A stretch of 63,517 nt of DNA, filler included, from Sphacelaria rigidula (lineage: Eukaryota): NCBI GenBank assembly GCA_964200075.2. It is 9 parts of 9 records of this genome, joined end to end, with 100 filler letters (N's around TTAATTAATTAA, not from the genome) between each part and the next. Parts side by side here need not be neighbours in the genome. Positions count along the whole stretch, not along the records: positions 28,277 to 35,245 come from CAXNAA020017152.1; positions 35,346 to 42,313 come from CAXNAA020017153.1; positions 42,414 to 49,381 come from CAXNAA020017154.1; 6 more parts are not named here. One strand, given 5' to 3'. Numbering within the stretch: position 1 is the stretch's first letter; each line of letters opens with the position of its first letter. This document shows positions 33,230-46,094 of the stretch, piece by piece. The notes below the pieces were generated by a model, which did not search any database, was not told the DNA's origin, and was given only the letters and a program-made list of their open reading frames with translations. The translations under genes and the position numbers were made by a program.

Positions 33230-35245
33230 ACTTGTTCCTCAACATCAGCACCCAACTCGGCGCTCACCACAGCAGCAAACCCCTCAGGTAATACCTTCTT
33301 TGTAGTCTTCCAGCTCGCTCCTGAGAAACAGCAGCACTCAAACCACAACCCCGTGCACAGCGTTTCCACTCGAACACTCGCTCCTCGCGCCATGAGTCCA
33401 GCTACAGCTTCCACCCTTGTGGAGCCGCTCAGCTCGCCACTAAACGGGTATATCCGCACTGCCAAACCGATGCGGCAGTTCCTCCGCCCCCACAGATGCC
33501 TGCGCGTTCACGAACGCTCGTTCTTCAGTCGCTTTTTCAGAGGAAACAAGAGACAAAACGGGATCATCCATACGGTCCCGCACCGCAACACCTCCCGATG
33601 GCATCACGCCATCCTCCTCCAGCACCTGACTGTACAGCGGCAAAGACACCGCAGTCAACGCCGCCAAATACACCACACCTGTCCAGGCATAGAGCAGTGC
33701 ACACGACCATCCCAACCCAACACCACGCGACGCTCGACGTCGCCGTCAGAATTATGATCGCTAGCAGCATCACGAGCTTGCAGCTCGCTCTGCGTACCCG
33801 CTTCACGCGGGTCACACGCCCCTGGTGTTTCGATCATGCAAGGCGTGTCCACAGCTACGCGCTGCTCTGGCGGCAATTCCGCCAACCCGGATCTACCTGT
33901 CCTTCAAGCAGACACCCCTGCGAATCATCTGACCGATCTCGCGCCATGTCACTGGCGCAGATAGATTCACCATGAGCACGACAAGCTCCTTGCTCACCCT
34001 GCTCGTTCGCAATACGCAAATGACACCCCCCCGCAGCTTCGAGCATGCAAGGAGTATCTCCAGCTATGCACTGGTCCGGCGGCAACAAGCAACTGGGACC
34101 TCCGCCCACCAGTACTTGCTCATTAGCCAATGTAGACCTCGGTCTCTCAACACCGCCAACAGCAGCAGCATTATCACCAATACTCGCTACAGCCGCCACC
34201 TCCTGTCCGACTTGCTCCTTGACGGCAATAGCGGCAACGCCTCTAGCGCTCTCGTACCTGTGCCCTCGGACTAGCGATGGCTGTGCGACTTATTCGCCTC
34301 TTCCAACAGTACTGCCAGCGGCTGCTATTTCAGCACCGACTACTGTACTCTCACTGTTCTTGCTGCCCAGTGGGTCTCTTCGGATAGACACATGCGTCGT
34401 CACCTTCGCGCCCCTCAAAGTGGCACCGCGTTGTTGCTTCAGTCGCGGGCGAGCTGTTTCTACTACTACACGCTCAGCAGCCGCACTCTCGTGCCTGCGC
34501 ACTCGAACAGGCCTGTGTTGTGTTGCCTTCTTGCCCGTCAAAATGTCGTGCCTGTCTCCACCGCCGCCGGCCTTCACACTATCTTCCACCACACTCGGCG
34601 ATACATGAGGTGCATGCTTGCGCAGCGCAAAGAGCAATTTCTCTTGCCCAACATCATTCGCACCATCCAAAAATGTGTCACATAGACAGTCCTCGATATG
34701 TGCGGGCATGAGATCAGAGACCGCTGGCTCCTCAACAACATGCCAGCGTGCTTGAAGCTCGTTTGTTGCGTGCATCTCACGAAGGTAGTTCTCATGCTTC
34801 CGCAAAAACTGAGCGGATTTTTCACTGGAGAACTTGCGACCGTAGTAGGGCATATCCAGAAATCGTACACGGACAGCGCGACCATAGATGACAACATATT
34901 GTTGCGGCGCACGAACAACGTTGCCGTCCACCGCGACATACTCCTGCACCTCGTATATTTCGGTCAGCAGTACAGCACTCCGCACCGCTTTTTTGAAAAA
35001 CGAAGTCGCCTCCCACTCACAGGAACAACTCTCTCCTTACACCGAGACGCGCTTGGCCACCAAACGACAATGACCACAGCGCCTCTTTCTCACGCAGGTC
35101 TCACACGTCTTGAAGTCCTTAGACTCCTCTTCCTGACCGTACCTGGCCAAGCGTGGACCAGACAGCCCTCGCTGGCTCCATCAGGCAGTAATTGCGCCGC
35201 TTTTCTGGAACGCTCACGGGCTCGCCAGCTGTCGATCAACCCCCC
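33230..35245 (-). mobile_element. Second, unrearranged copy of the gag-like retroelement internal region
   Basis: Leader (34990-35245, matching 30290-30550) plus ORFs 34290-34985 and 33855-34199, read continuously across the point where the other copy is broken. No pol motifs seen. Confidence 0.65.
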
Positions 35246-35954
35246 NNNNNNNNNNNNNNNNNNNNNNNNNNNNNNNNNNNNNNNNNNNNTTAATTAATTA
35301 ANNNNNNNNNNNNNNNNNNNNNNNNNNNNNNNNNNNNNNNNNNNNACCATGGCACGCGGGGGTATTACAGGGAGCGGAGAGGTTCATGACCTCTTGGCAC
35401 AGGACCAAAAAAGGCCAGCCGACTACGTGCACTGAAACGGTAGTCTCAAGGAGAGTTGGGAGAGGATGGAAGCTACTAACTGCTGACTCCGATGCACCCC
35501 TCCCTCCGAGGCGGTGGGCGGTGTCATGTGGCGCCCTTTCTGGTTTGCCTAGTTTATGCATACGCCTAGCTGTCCTCTCAGAGGTCCAAGGATAGGTTTC
35601 TTCTTTTTTCTTTTTTCTTTTTATTTTCACCATTTTTTTTGTTCTTGTTTTGTTTTTGTATCGCGTCTGTGTCAATTTTTCGTGGGTCCGATTTTCTTCC
35701 CTGATTTTCCTTTTACCCTAACATGGGGTGGTAGCCTGTGACCACGGAAGACGTCCGAGTTAGATGCCCAGTACAGCACTGCGCAGATACCGGAACGACT
35801 TTTTAATGTGAAGACAACAACAACAACAACAACACTGCCCCAAAATATTTTGATGGGATGATATGTGTGCGATCCCAAGATATCAATATATAATATATAT
35901 ATATATATGTATATGGGGCAGGCGTTATGTTTGCAGTACGACAACACCATTTTG

Positions 35955-36025
35955 GGGGGCGTACTCATTTGTTGCTTGCCTTAGTCATTTGACCATTGAC
36001 CACGCATCCCTTTCGAGACGACACC
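35955..36025 (+). repeat. Short dispersed repeat family (about 65 bp core)
   Basis: ggggg.gtactcat...tgcttgccttagtcat..gaccattgacc.cgcatccct. Related copies lie at 21208-21275 (-), 49095-49168, 54120-54168 and 60707-60770. Confidence 0.7.
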
Positions 36026-36321
36026 ATTTTGGGGGGGCGCAATATGTGTGCAGTCCAAGGGTACCAATATGATACGCCGGCAATGAATAGCGATTCCTAA
36101 TATGGTCTGCTAATATATACAGATCGCTCTGCTTCGCATCACACTTCCAATTTTCCTATTGTTTCTCACATTGAAATGGAATGGAAAAGGGACAGAAGAG
36201 ACAGACGCCCCGCAAAAACGGTTTACAAGCAGAAAAAGGGACGGAAAGAAAGTAAGGGCCATAGATTGACGATGACAATTCTTTCGCGCATCGCACCACG
36301 CCAATTCCAGACATCATCGTT

Positions 36322-36750
36322 CTAGTCGGAGTGACGTCCTTCCACGTGCGCAAGGGTGCGCAGGAAGGCGGAGCTGAGACCGGAGTCGTCGCTCGGCAAG
36401 TTTCCGCTAGGTTCTCTCGACCTATCCCTGGCCACTACTTGTAGATCCGTCTTGACGTACACGTACAACACGTGCCTCCCGGAATGCCAGTGGGCATCGA
36501 ACGAGGCAAACGCACTAGTGCCACCCCCAGTAGTGCAATCGTACTTGAGCCATTTCCACTGCAAACGGAACTGCGTGACGTAGTAGGCGCCCACCCAGAT
36601 GAGTTACACAACCGAGATCAAGGAGTACTCTACGCCTAAAGAGAGAGTCTCGGACGCGTCGCGGGGAACGCCAACGACTGCTTCGACGGCATGTGCATGT
36701 AGTACTGCGCGTGTAAATGTCGTGGTCTGTTGGCATGATGATGCTTCGTC
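36322..36750 (-). pseudogene. Unknown protein, terminal exon with one in-frame stop; paralogue of 18395-18587
   Basis: ORFs 36604-36894 and 36322-36594 share a frame and are split by a single TAA. A pyrimidine-rich CAG acceptor candidate lies near 36752. Peptide: WHSGRHVLYVYVKTDLQVVARDRSREPSGNLPSDDSGLSSAFLRTLAHVEGRHSD*. Confidence 0.55.
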
Positions 36751-38323
36751 ACTGTTGGGGGGGATGGGTGAATTAAAAAATGTGTTCGTTTTTAGACTGG
36801 CGGGTCTGCTCAAACGTAGTATGGAACTGGGTCTATGGTACAGGCAGATATACGCCGGCCGGAAATGAACTATATTCCTAGTACATTTACTCACGCAAAA
36901 AGTATATCCACCTGTATAGCTGGATCCTTATTTCCACTGTGACCTTTTATCGTGACCGATCCCGCGTTGTTTTTTTCTAATTCGGGAGCCCACATATTTT
37001 TAATCAGCTGCCCATTACGGATGTTTTCAAACAAAGTGGGTTCGGGTTACGAGCAAAACCAGAGCCAAGTTTTTGAATTTGAGAGCGCCACCTGTGCAAG
37101 CCCGCTCAGCGGGCAGGTGAACAGCACGCACATAGTTCACATGAACACAGCTAGCTACACGCATAGAAGGTCAGAACGTTTCGAGGTTACAAACTGAGCC
37201 ACCGGGGCGACCAGCATACAGCAGAGACGAACACAAAGAGGGCCGACGGAGTATCGAAGTCCAGCCAGCACGAGTCAATGTTGAGCACGACGGAAAACAC
37301 CCACTTTGATCTTTCATCATTTGGTGGTGCTGTGTATGAGATTTGTTTTCTCGAGATGATGGGCACAAAACATACTGTATGATATAGACTTTACGGTAAA
37401 ACGGTAGTACAATGAAGTGCCAGGGTGCTGCAGCAGGCAAGAGTATTCACAATACAGGCCGTGGATTTTGCAAACAGTACGACATTACAAGAATAGGCTA
37501 TGCTTCGCAAACACGACACAGCTGTAGCCTGTACTTGTTATCTTGTACTACTTCATTTCCGAGTACAGGCTGTACTCTGCCAGGTTAGAAGCACGGGCTG
37601 TACTCGCGAGCACAGTAGGTAGCTGTGCTTGGCCAATACAGTACAGTACTATACCGTCTTCACTGTGGGGTTCGAGGTCACATTCAGATGCACGTCCATG
37701 GCAGTGGATGCAGATGCAGAGGATATGACTGCTGACTACTGCCTGCACCACGGTACTACACGTGAAGGCTTCACTTTATTTACTGTGTGTGTGTTACTGC
37801 TGGGTACTGCCCGCACTCCGGTACTACGCGTGAAGGCTTCACCTTGTTTGAAATCATCCGTGACGGGCAGCTGATTAAAAAAATGTGGGTCCCCGTAGGT
37901 GGATATACTTTTTGCGCATTTATTCAAGTCTGGAAGTGGTCGGTGTTGAGGTGATTTTGTTCCTCCGGAAAGTTCGCTCCACATCAGGAGATGGACAATC
38001 TTGTTGCACTAGCGAGTGTCCTCCCTTTGTCTGTACCAGTCGGGAAGCACACGCTCCGAGCTGCCACCCCACGTTTACCGTCATTGCGAAGATAGTAAGA
38101 CAAGAGCACGAACAGCAGCTGTTGTGACCGCTACACACCAACGTAACTACAGTGAATGCGCATGGCGAGTATCCTTTGAAGTGTCGAACTACAGAGGGAG
38201 AGTTGAAAGAAGAAAGACAAAGCTGGCGGCTAGTTCATGTCAGGGCTCCAGTGCAGCAAGGTCCTCTAGATCTTGTTTGTATGCGGGGGGCTGTCAAGTG
38301 CCGTGGACCGTCTGCACGAGAAG

Positions 38324-38600
38324 CAGCAAGTCAGCAGCTTATTCGTTGCCAGTAAATGTACGTGGCTGGGGGTGGGTCTGAATCAACCGGCGCCGATGCT
38401 GCTGGTGCTGCTGGTGCTGCTGCCGCTGCTCTTGATCGTAGACGGTCCGCGTTTCGACCGTGCGACAACACCCAAGCACCTTGCGAGTGATAGCCACCGT
38501 ACTGGACAGCGCTGAAACACACACGAATCGGCACCGGCTGATTTAGACCCACCCCCAGCCGCGTACATCTACTGGCAGTAAAGACGCTGCTGATACTGCT
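38324..38600. mobile_element. MITE-like inverted repeat (arms about 75 bp)
   Basis: tgccagtaaatgtacgtggctgggggtgggtctgaatcaaccggcgccgat pairs with atcggcaccggctgatttagacccacccccagccgcgtacatctactggca. Confidence 0.8.
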
Positions 38601-38798
38601 GCTGTTGCTTCTTCTCCTTCTCGTGCGGAACGCGATTAGAACGGCGCGTGATTTCTCGTGATGCTGCAGAATATCTGTGTTGTTTTCTGTTGAGTGTAGT
38701 ACTCTGCCGCATCTCTCAACGTGCGGATCTGGGTTACGAGTTTTTGCATTTGAATACAGTCCGTCACGAGCGACCAGAAAATACGGCATAACTGCCTT

Positions 38799-39046
38799 GT
38801 CTGGTGTTGAGAGTAGTACTCTGCAGCTCATACACCACTGCAGAGTTGTCTGGTTCTGAGTGTACCACCCTGTAGTCAAGATAATGGGATCATCTTTTGA
38901 GCAGTTTTTCGAAAGGTTCGCCGTCTGGTGTTGAGAGTAGTACTCTGCAGTTCATACACCACTGCAGAGTTGTCTGGTTCTGAGTGTACCACACTGTAGT
39001 CAAGATAATGGGGTCATTTTTTGAGCAGTTTTCCGAAAGGCTCTGC
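38799..39046. repeat. 124-bp tandem duplication
   Basis: gtctggtgttgagagtagtactctgcag... starts at 38799 and at 38923, with few differences. Confidence 0.9.
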
Positions 39047-42000
39047 TGGTTTTTTTAAAGGTTCTGCTGGTTTTTAAAAAAGTATTCCGAAAAAACGAGA
39101 GTGTTTTCTGTCACAGAAATCTGTTGCCGAATCTGAAGTAGCCTGAGACAACAACCAATTCGAAAATTGGAATATATATATACAAGGTTCCCCTTCGGGA
39201 GGTCGGTACGGGCCTCCCGGGGGTGACACAAGTCGATAATATCAAATATACTGCGTATGCCTTCTCAGTGCGCTGCAAAAGAAAGCGTGGGAAAAAGTGC
39301 CTTGCTGGCAGAGAAAACTCGGCAAAAGTGGTGAAAATGTAAAATGATACATGTACATGATACACATAAGTTGAATGAAGGGAGAAAAAGCGCGCGAGTC
39401 ATCGCTTTGTCCGCTTCGATCAAGCAAGTATATATTGCCCTCCGCGAAAAATCATTAGACGTGGACAAAAAAACACAGCTGATGAGGGAGCCTCCAATTA
39501 CATAGAACGATGTTTTCGTGAGATTGAGAGTAGAGGATACGATTGAGAAGGAAAAGCGGTCAATTACTAATTTAATCGTTTTAGTCCCGAAATATTTCTT
39601 CGCGAGGCCCTTACCGAAGCAGCGGGCTAACTCACAGCTATTTACCTGTGAGGTACCGGCGCAGAGATGTTCCCGTGAAGTCAGTGTTGCGCCATAAGAA
39701 AAAAAAACATTTTTTCGAAACAAAATCTTACCGTTGTGCCCTCTAGTGCGCACTGCTGCAGCGCACAGCACCAGATATAGCGACTTGGAACTGTTGACTG
39801 TGGTTTGCACAGCCTATGAGCGATATTTGAGCGCCTCGCAGCGACTGCAGCGCGCTCAGGCGCCATAAAGTGCGCAGCTCTACAGACTGTATGCCGATCG
39901 GTGCACTACAGGTGGTCATGATCCAGAAAGGGCCGCAGTACAGACCGGTGCCAGTTTGCTACCGCATCGGCCGTCCAGCCGCTCAACATCTCTAAGATTA
40001 TGCACCTGCGCATGCATATATTATGCATTCGCCTGTAGTGCGACACTGGTTGACCTAAAGAAATGTACATAAACAACGATTGGTATTCGAGTTGACTTGG
40101 TTTCAGAATCAAGAAATTCTGGGAAAAATCATGATCTGGGACAAGTGAGCAATGGTGAGCAGTAGAACCAGGTCGTCCAGAACGTGTTTTGGTCCCAAAT
40201 CGGCTCAAAGGAGTCGATTTGAGCTCTCGAAAGGCGTCGATTAGAGTTCTCGAAACGCACGCTCAAGCTACGAAACTGCACCTCTCTTGCCCGAGAGGTC
40301 TCTGTATGCCTTGGTCAATGTTAGTGCTAGGGGTAGCGTTAGAGTTGGTGGCATCTCCGTAGTACCAACCATTGTTCACGTACATTTCTTGAAGTCCCCT
40401 CTGTGAAGTACTTGTGCAGGGATGCATCCTTGTCACAATTACACCTCTGTCATCCCTGTCACAAGGACATCCCTGCGCCGGTACTTCACACAGTTGCATT
40501 CTTTGAGAAAACTCTATGTTACGGGTTGCATGACCACAGGGATTTCGTCACCCCTGTGCTCTTGTCGAGCACAGCTGACCCACAGTGAGGACGTTTGCCC
40601 ACGTGTGTGCCTTGTTCAAGTCGCCAACAGCTCATTGCACGGTCTTGTGTTTGCTGGTGACTAAGGTAAGGCGAAGGCAATGTTCAATTTTTTTTCAACT
40701 GCTTTGCTTTCCTGTTCTCGTAACATTTTGCTGCATAACCGCTGTCTTCGTGCTCCCGAATCAACGAGAACGCAAAGAAATACCCCGCCTCAAAAGGCTG
40801 TTGTGGTTCAGGTTCTTGTTTAAAGTGTTTCATCATGAGGCTTTTGTGGTTCGGGATTGACACCCCGCAAAGAAGAGCCAGTGTGGGCGACTTTCGATGG
40901 CCAGAACACGCGCCACAGGTATCAGATGACACCCAAAGCTGAAAGGTGATGTATCGCTGCACCTTCTTCGTGCACTGCAAGAGAAAACGCGTGATAAGAT
41001 GCCTTGCCGTCTGAGGAAAATCGGCAAAAGTGGTGAAAAAAATGAAATGATACATGTACATATGTATCTACATTGGAAACATATTGTATTGTTCAGGGTG
41101 TGAAAAGGTTCGAGAAAGAAAGTGCTTCAAGCCGGCGGATGTTCGACAGCCTTCAGGAAGGTTGTTCGAATTTCAAACATGTATGACGAAGTGCGGAAGA
41201 GTGGTTCCACCTAACAGAACACCTGCATATATTCGAGTAAGCCCTTCTGGAGTGAAAATTGACCCTACGCTTGTTGGACATATACGCCTCCGAGAGAGCA
41301 GGCATTCTACGTATGTCGGGCATATACATTCTTGAGTAAGAGTGTTTCACATCTCCCGTGATTCCGGTGTAATGTACCGACAGCAGTTTCAGAGCCAGAA
41401 CAGGGGTTACATGCAACCGGATGATACCTTCTCCTACAGGCTGGTTCAGCATGAATGATTATCATGATTTCCACTAGATACAGAACGCACACCTGACTCG
41501 ATAGCAGCATATTCGGTATCATAGTGATCCCCGCAAGCAAGCGAACAGTGTGACATGGCCAGATATTTCTTGCGTTCTTCGCCGTGGCGCTGGTGACGAA
41601 AATGTTCCTCGGCCAAGCTGCACCCTTTCAATTGTTTTGAAATATTTCAAACGTACGGGCCTGGGTTGTGCTCCTTCATCGAGCATCAAACAAGCACCAC
41701 ACACTCACACGCACGCCTGAGTAGGTACACCAACAGTCCATGTTACAGTGCAGTACCCGTAGCAGCGAGACGTCATCACAATGCTATGATACGGCTCGAG
41801 CTGCCTGCCGGCCTACTGTTGCATCAGCAGTGCAAGCGAAAAACAAACGCCGACCGGCAGGGAAGGAAACCCTTGTGCACATCGTTGCTGGAGCACCAAA
41901 ACACTGGTCGATGCCTCCGTCTCCATCATGCGTCCGTCAGCTACGCTCACGGTGAGTGCCTGAGGTGTTTGGGTGGCCATGTGTGTCATATTAACGCTGC

Positions 42001-42239
42001 TCTAGCTGTCGCCAACAGTAGACGTGCAACCGGTGGAAAGACAGATGCACATTAGCCATCGTACACACTTGGGACTCTAGCACAGTGGTACAGGCGGTAC
42101 ATACATGCGCCGAACTGGAAATAGTACCGACCGTCGTGAAGTGCATGATTCAATGAATCAATATTTGAACATCAAGCTTTTGCGGCATTCGAAAACTGTT
42201 AAGAGTGACGCGTGGATGCTCATCTTCGTTCGTGTGATG

Positions 42240-42313
42240 TGTGTTGTCGTCCCATCTATTCTGGGCGCCAGTCTACACCTTTAGGTATACGTGGGCGCAT
42301 CAGCCGGGGTCAC
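42240..42313 (-). mobile_element. SINE 3' end (cut by contig end)
   Basis: gtcgtcccatctattctgggcgccagtctacaccttt...cagccggggtcac is the reverse complement of the SINE tail. Confidence 0.8.
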
Positions 42314-42413
42314 NNNNNNNNNNNNNNNNNNNNNNNNNNNNNNNNNNNNNNNNNNNNTTAATTAATTAANNNNNNNNNNNNNNNNNNNNNNNNNNNNNNN
42401 NNNNNNNNNNNNN

Positions 42414-42459
<46 letters not shown>

Positions 42460-43175
42460 GAGGTAAGGGGGACTGGAGGACGTAGAAATCATTAGATCAG
42501 GCAATCGGTGTGAGTGCCTTTTTGATTCGGTGATTAGGAACATGATGAAATCTTCGGCAAAATTCGCCTCAAACATTGAACGTTGGTAACGAGGCTTGAG
42601 AGAGAAGAAAAACAAAACCGCTGTGCTCGGCGTCAAGAGGGGTTGATTAACCTGACAAGGAAACGCGATCTACTTCAGGTGGGAAGGGTGTTCCGGTAGT
42701 ACTGTAGAGACAACGTTAATAGAGCCCGAAGATGAAGACATTTTCGAACGGAGTTTCGGCTGCGAGAAGTTGTGATGTGTATGCCGAGGGTCCGAAAATT
42801 TTACCATTTGCGTCTGAAAAAGTCTCGACGAGACAACCGTGGCCATGTATCACGTAACACAGAAGTAAGAGTCTACGGCAGTGTTATCGCGGAATTATAT
42901 TAGCACCCATCGTGCTGTTAAGGGTTTTGAAGGTCCCCAGTCGGGTACCATCAACGTGGTAACCACCGGTGTCGTCACGATGTTATTTCCCTCCACCGCC
43001 TCGTCCCCAACCGTTGTCACCAAAATATCCACAAAAACAAAGATGGGAGCAGACTACGAGAAGAGGGCGAGCCCTCACATCCGATTCTTGAAGTTCCACC
43101 TCATCGTCCAATCGCGCTGCTGCGGGGACCTGCACTGCTTCAGGTGTGATGAGGGTCCTTGATCAACCAGCATTA

Positions 43176-43520
43176 ATTCATTCATACACTCATACATTCA
43201 TACATCCATACATTCATTTACCTTGGGAAGGATTTCATTGTAAATACAAGGTAGTTTTTAGGGGATCAGTTGATGTGTGACGATCATAAAGATGAACTAC
43301 CAAACAAATCTAAAACCTATCGCCTTTAGATCTCGGAATGATAAAACATGTATATATGTATGTACGTATGTGTGTATATATAGGTAGGTAGGTAGGTAGG
43401 TAGGTAGGTATGTGTGTAGGTATGTATGTATGTATGTATGTAGCTATAAAGCTATGTATGTATGTAGGTAGGTATGTAGGTAGGTGTGTATGTATGTAGG
43501 TATGTATGTAGGTATGTGTA
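43176..43520. repeat. Compound tetranucleotide microsatellites (CATT/CATA; TAGG/TATG)
   Basis: Directly visible at 43176-43220 and 43349-43520. Confidence 0.95.
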
Positions 43521-45735
43521 CACATGCTGTCCAGTGCCGGTTGGCACCTGTACATTGAGTTTCCGGGACGAGACACTTGCCATGAAATATACGCAAGGAG
43601 TGGTTGATTGAGGATGGTCAAACAGCTCAACTATTGCTACCGCAAACCATGTTTTGTCCTTCTTTGTGCTTTCTTTCTTGCCCAATATTTCCGACCATCT
43701 TTCCGTGAGTGTTTCCGTTTAGCTACCTTACGTACGTTTATCTTGCGATCAATGGAGTCGATTAGTTTACCCAACCATCGATCTTTTGTTGCCTCATCGT
43801 CCCCATCCCCGAAGACACAATGGTATTGGATAATAAACCCGGTCCATTTTACAGGTCTCATACCCCCCCCCTCATATTCTTCACCACGTGACGGAAACAA
43901 CTTCCATGTTTCACCGCTCACCGCGGGTCTGATACATTTGCGGGCGTGCACTCTTCTCCCTCTATCGTTAAGCAATCGACTCCTATCCCGCATGTACCCG
44001 ACACAGATGCAGGCAGCTCAGCGGCCATGCGGGGCAGAGCTGCGAGCAGTTCCAGGCCAGGTGGGGATTCCAGGACGTTCTGGCATGTCCCGGCTGCGGT
44101 GTGCACGTGGTTAAGGGGGACGGTGCGTACAAGGTTACAAAAAAACATTGTTGTTTTCGTTGCCCTTTGTGCTCTATGTTGTCTGCTTCGAAGAAAATGC
44201 AGTTAATTTTCACCCGGTCGAATACAGTGAGTAATTGAAGTTTTGTTTGCGGCCAGGTTTCATGCGAACGCGGTCTTTTTTTTTATGCTAGAATCGCATT
44301 GCACATTAGTGTAATCTATCTTGATCGAGGTTTTGTTGGTATGTATATATTCAGCTTAACCGGTCGTGTGGCCCATCAGCTTGTCGATGATGGGAAGTCC
44401 ATCGGCTGCGGCAATTCTGATCCGAAGCTCGGAACAGAACCAATTTGCGAGCGTAATTCAAGCGCTCCTGTGGTACCTCGTCGCCTTTAACTTAGCGACC
44501 TCGGTCAATCAATGATTGACTCGCAAGTCATCCGTAATTAACACAGGAGTTTACATGATGTGGAGATGATTTGTTTTAGGACGGATCTCGGGAATTTTCA
44601 TAAGCATCGCAAGTGCTCTTGAAAACCAGATGCATGTGCACTCTCCGGCCGCGATGTGATGTGTGGCCTCGCTCATCCTAACAATATAATCCATCCACAA
44701 TTTAGAAATTCGGACAAATAAGAACATTGTTTCGTATAGGAATGAACGGAGGTCAATATCGTTCGATGTAAACACGGGATGGTACGAAGTGCGGATGTGT
44801 TCTTTTGAGGATGGGCGAGACCACGCATGGTGGCTGCAAAGCGCATTTGCTTTTCTTTCTTCTTCTTCCCCGGAACCATTTCGATACTTATGAAGCTTTC
44901 TAAGGGTCATCTTCGATGAAAAAAAAAACACGCAATTTGTAACATCCCGTGTTGGTATAGGGAGACACACTTCGATTATGAGTTAAACTGAAACATTGAA
45001 TCCACGGGAAGCATAACTGTTGCCTCCGCTAAATTGAGGCGATACGTTTGGCGCGGTACATTTGAAGCCTGTCTCTCTCTTCGCAAATAAATTAAAGAAG
45101 TAACAAAGTAGAAAAACAGTCCGCCAAGTACACATACTGTTACTATTGTAGGACTCTCGTCTCCTGTATATGAAAACACAAACAAAGAAGAGGTAACAAC
45201 TTAGTTCAACACAAGCACCCGATTTATCTAAGCGAGCTCCTCGTATACCTCCAAATAACAACAAAAAATTCGAGGGCGCTTTGTTAACAGGAGAGTAGAT
45301 CTCTTTCGCACCGTGAATCGGCGTCATATCCAGAACACTGTAGTACCCGAATGTTTAAATTCCCAAAATTCCGATATTGATCACTCAGCTGGTGGCTCCA
45401 TGACTGTACTCCCGCCGTCCACAGACGTTTACCTCGGCCGGTCAACGTCCGGTCAGTTTTTATTGGCGACAATGATGTCAAAGTTCCTGGTTAGCTAGAG
45501 TTCATGTGCTTTACTTATTCGGTGAAGGAGTGACCGCTGTTGCCTGCTTCAAAATGCAAACATTCTTGATTTAGGAGTCTCGTTTATTACCGGAGGAATT
45601 TCTTGAGTTTTGATTCTACATTTTTTTTCTTTCTCGAAAACCATAACTTCGTTTCCTACTGCTCTCAAAAAGAAAATCAGAAAACAAATCTCGATGCTAG
45701 CTTTTGGATAAATATGTAGCCATTCTTGAAAAAAT

Positions 45736-46040
45736 TAGGAGTCTACACGTTACCCGTGCCACAACGTCACACGTTACGTTCACGATACGTTTTGGCCGAA
45801 ACGTAACGTGAACGTTGAATGTATTTTACGCGCCAAACGGATGTGAACGTAACGTTAATTTTTTTAATGTGCCAAGCGATGTGCCAAACGAAACGTAACG
45901 TGAACGTTAGATTGTCCAAACGTTCAAAACACGTGAAATGAAATGTTTCATCGGACTTGTAGCCTCCATTTCAAGTTAGACGTGCATTAGACGTTTCACG
46001 GTACATGAAACGTCATATACACGTTACATGAAGCCGTGCA
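45736..46040. mobile_element. ACGT-rich non-autonomous DNA element, short copy
   Basis: The start ctacacgttacccgtgccacaacgtcacacgttacgttcacg is duplicated at about 46102; dense AACGT/CACGT motifs. Confidence 0.6.
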
Positions 46041-46094
46041 CACTTGAAGTTTTCAATTAGTTTTGAAGTCCTAGAAGATTATGCATAAAAAAAA

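Noticed and set aside
43310-43685. HTYIHTY/PTYL repeat proteins
   Set aside because: They are translations of a tetranucleotide microsatellite.
43637-43993. Basic 118-aa ORF, possibly a LINE ORF2 linker fragment
   Set aside because: The resemblance is only compositional and no diagnostic motif is visible.
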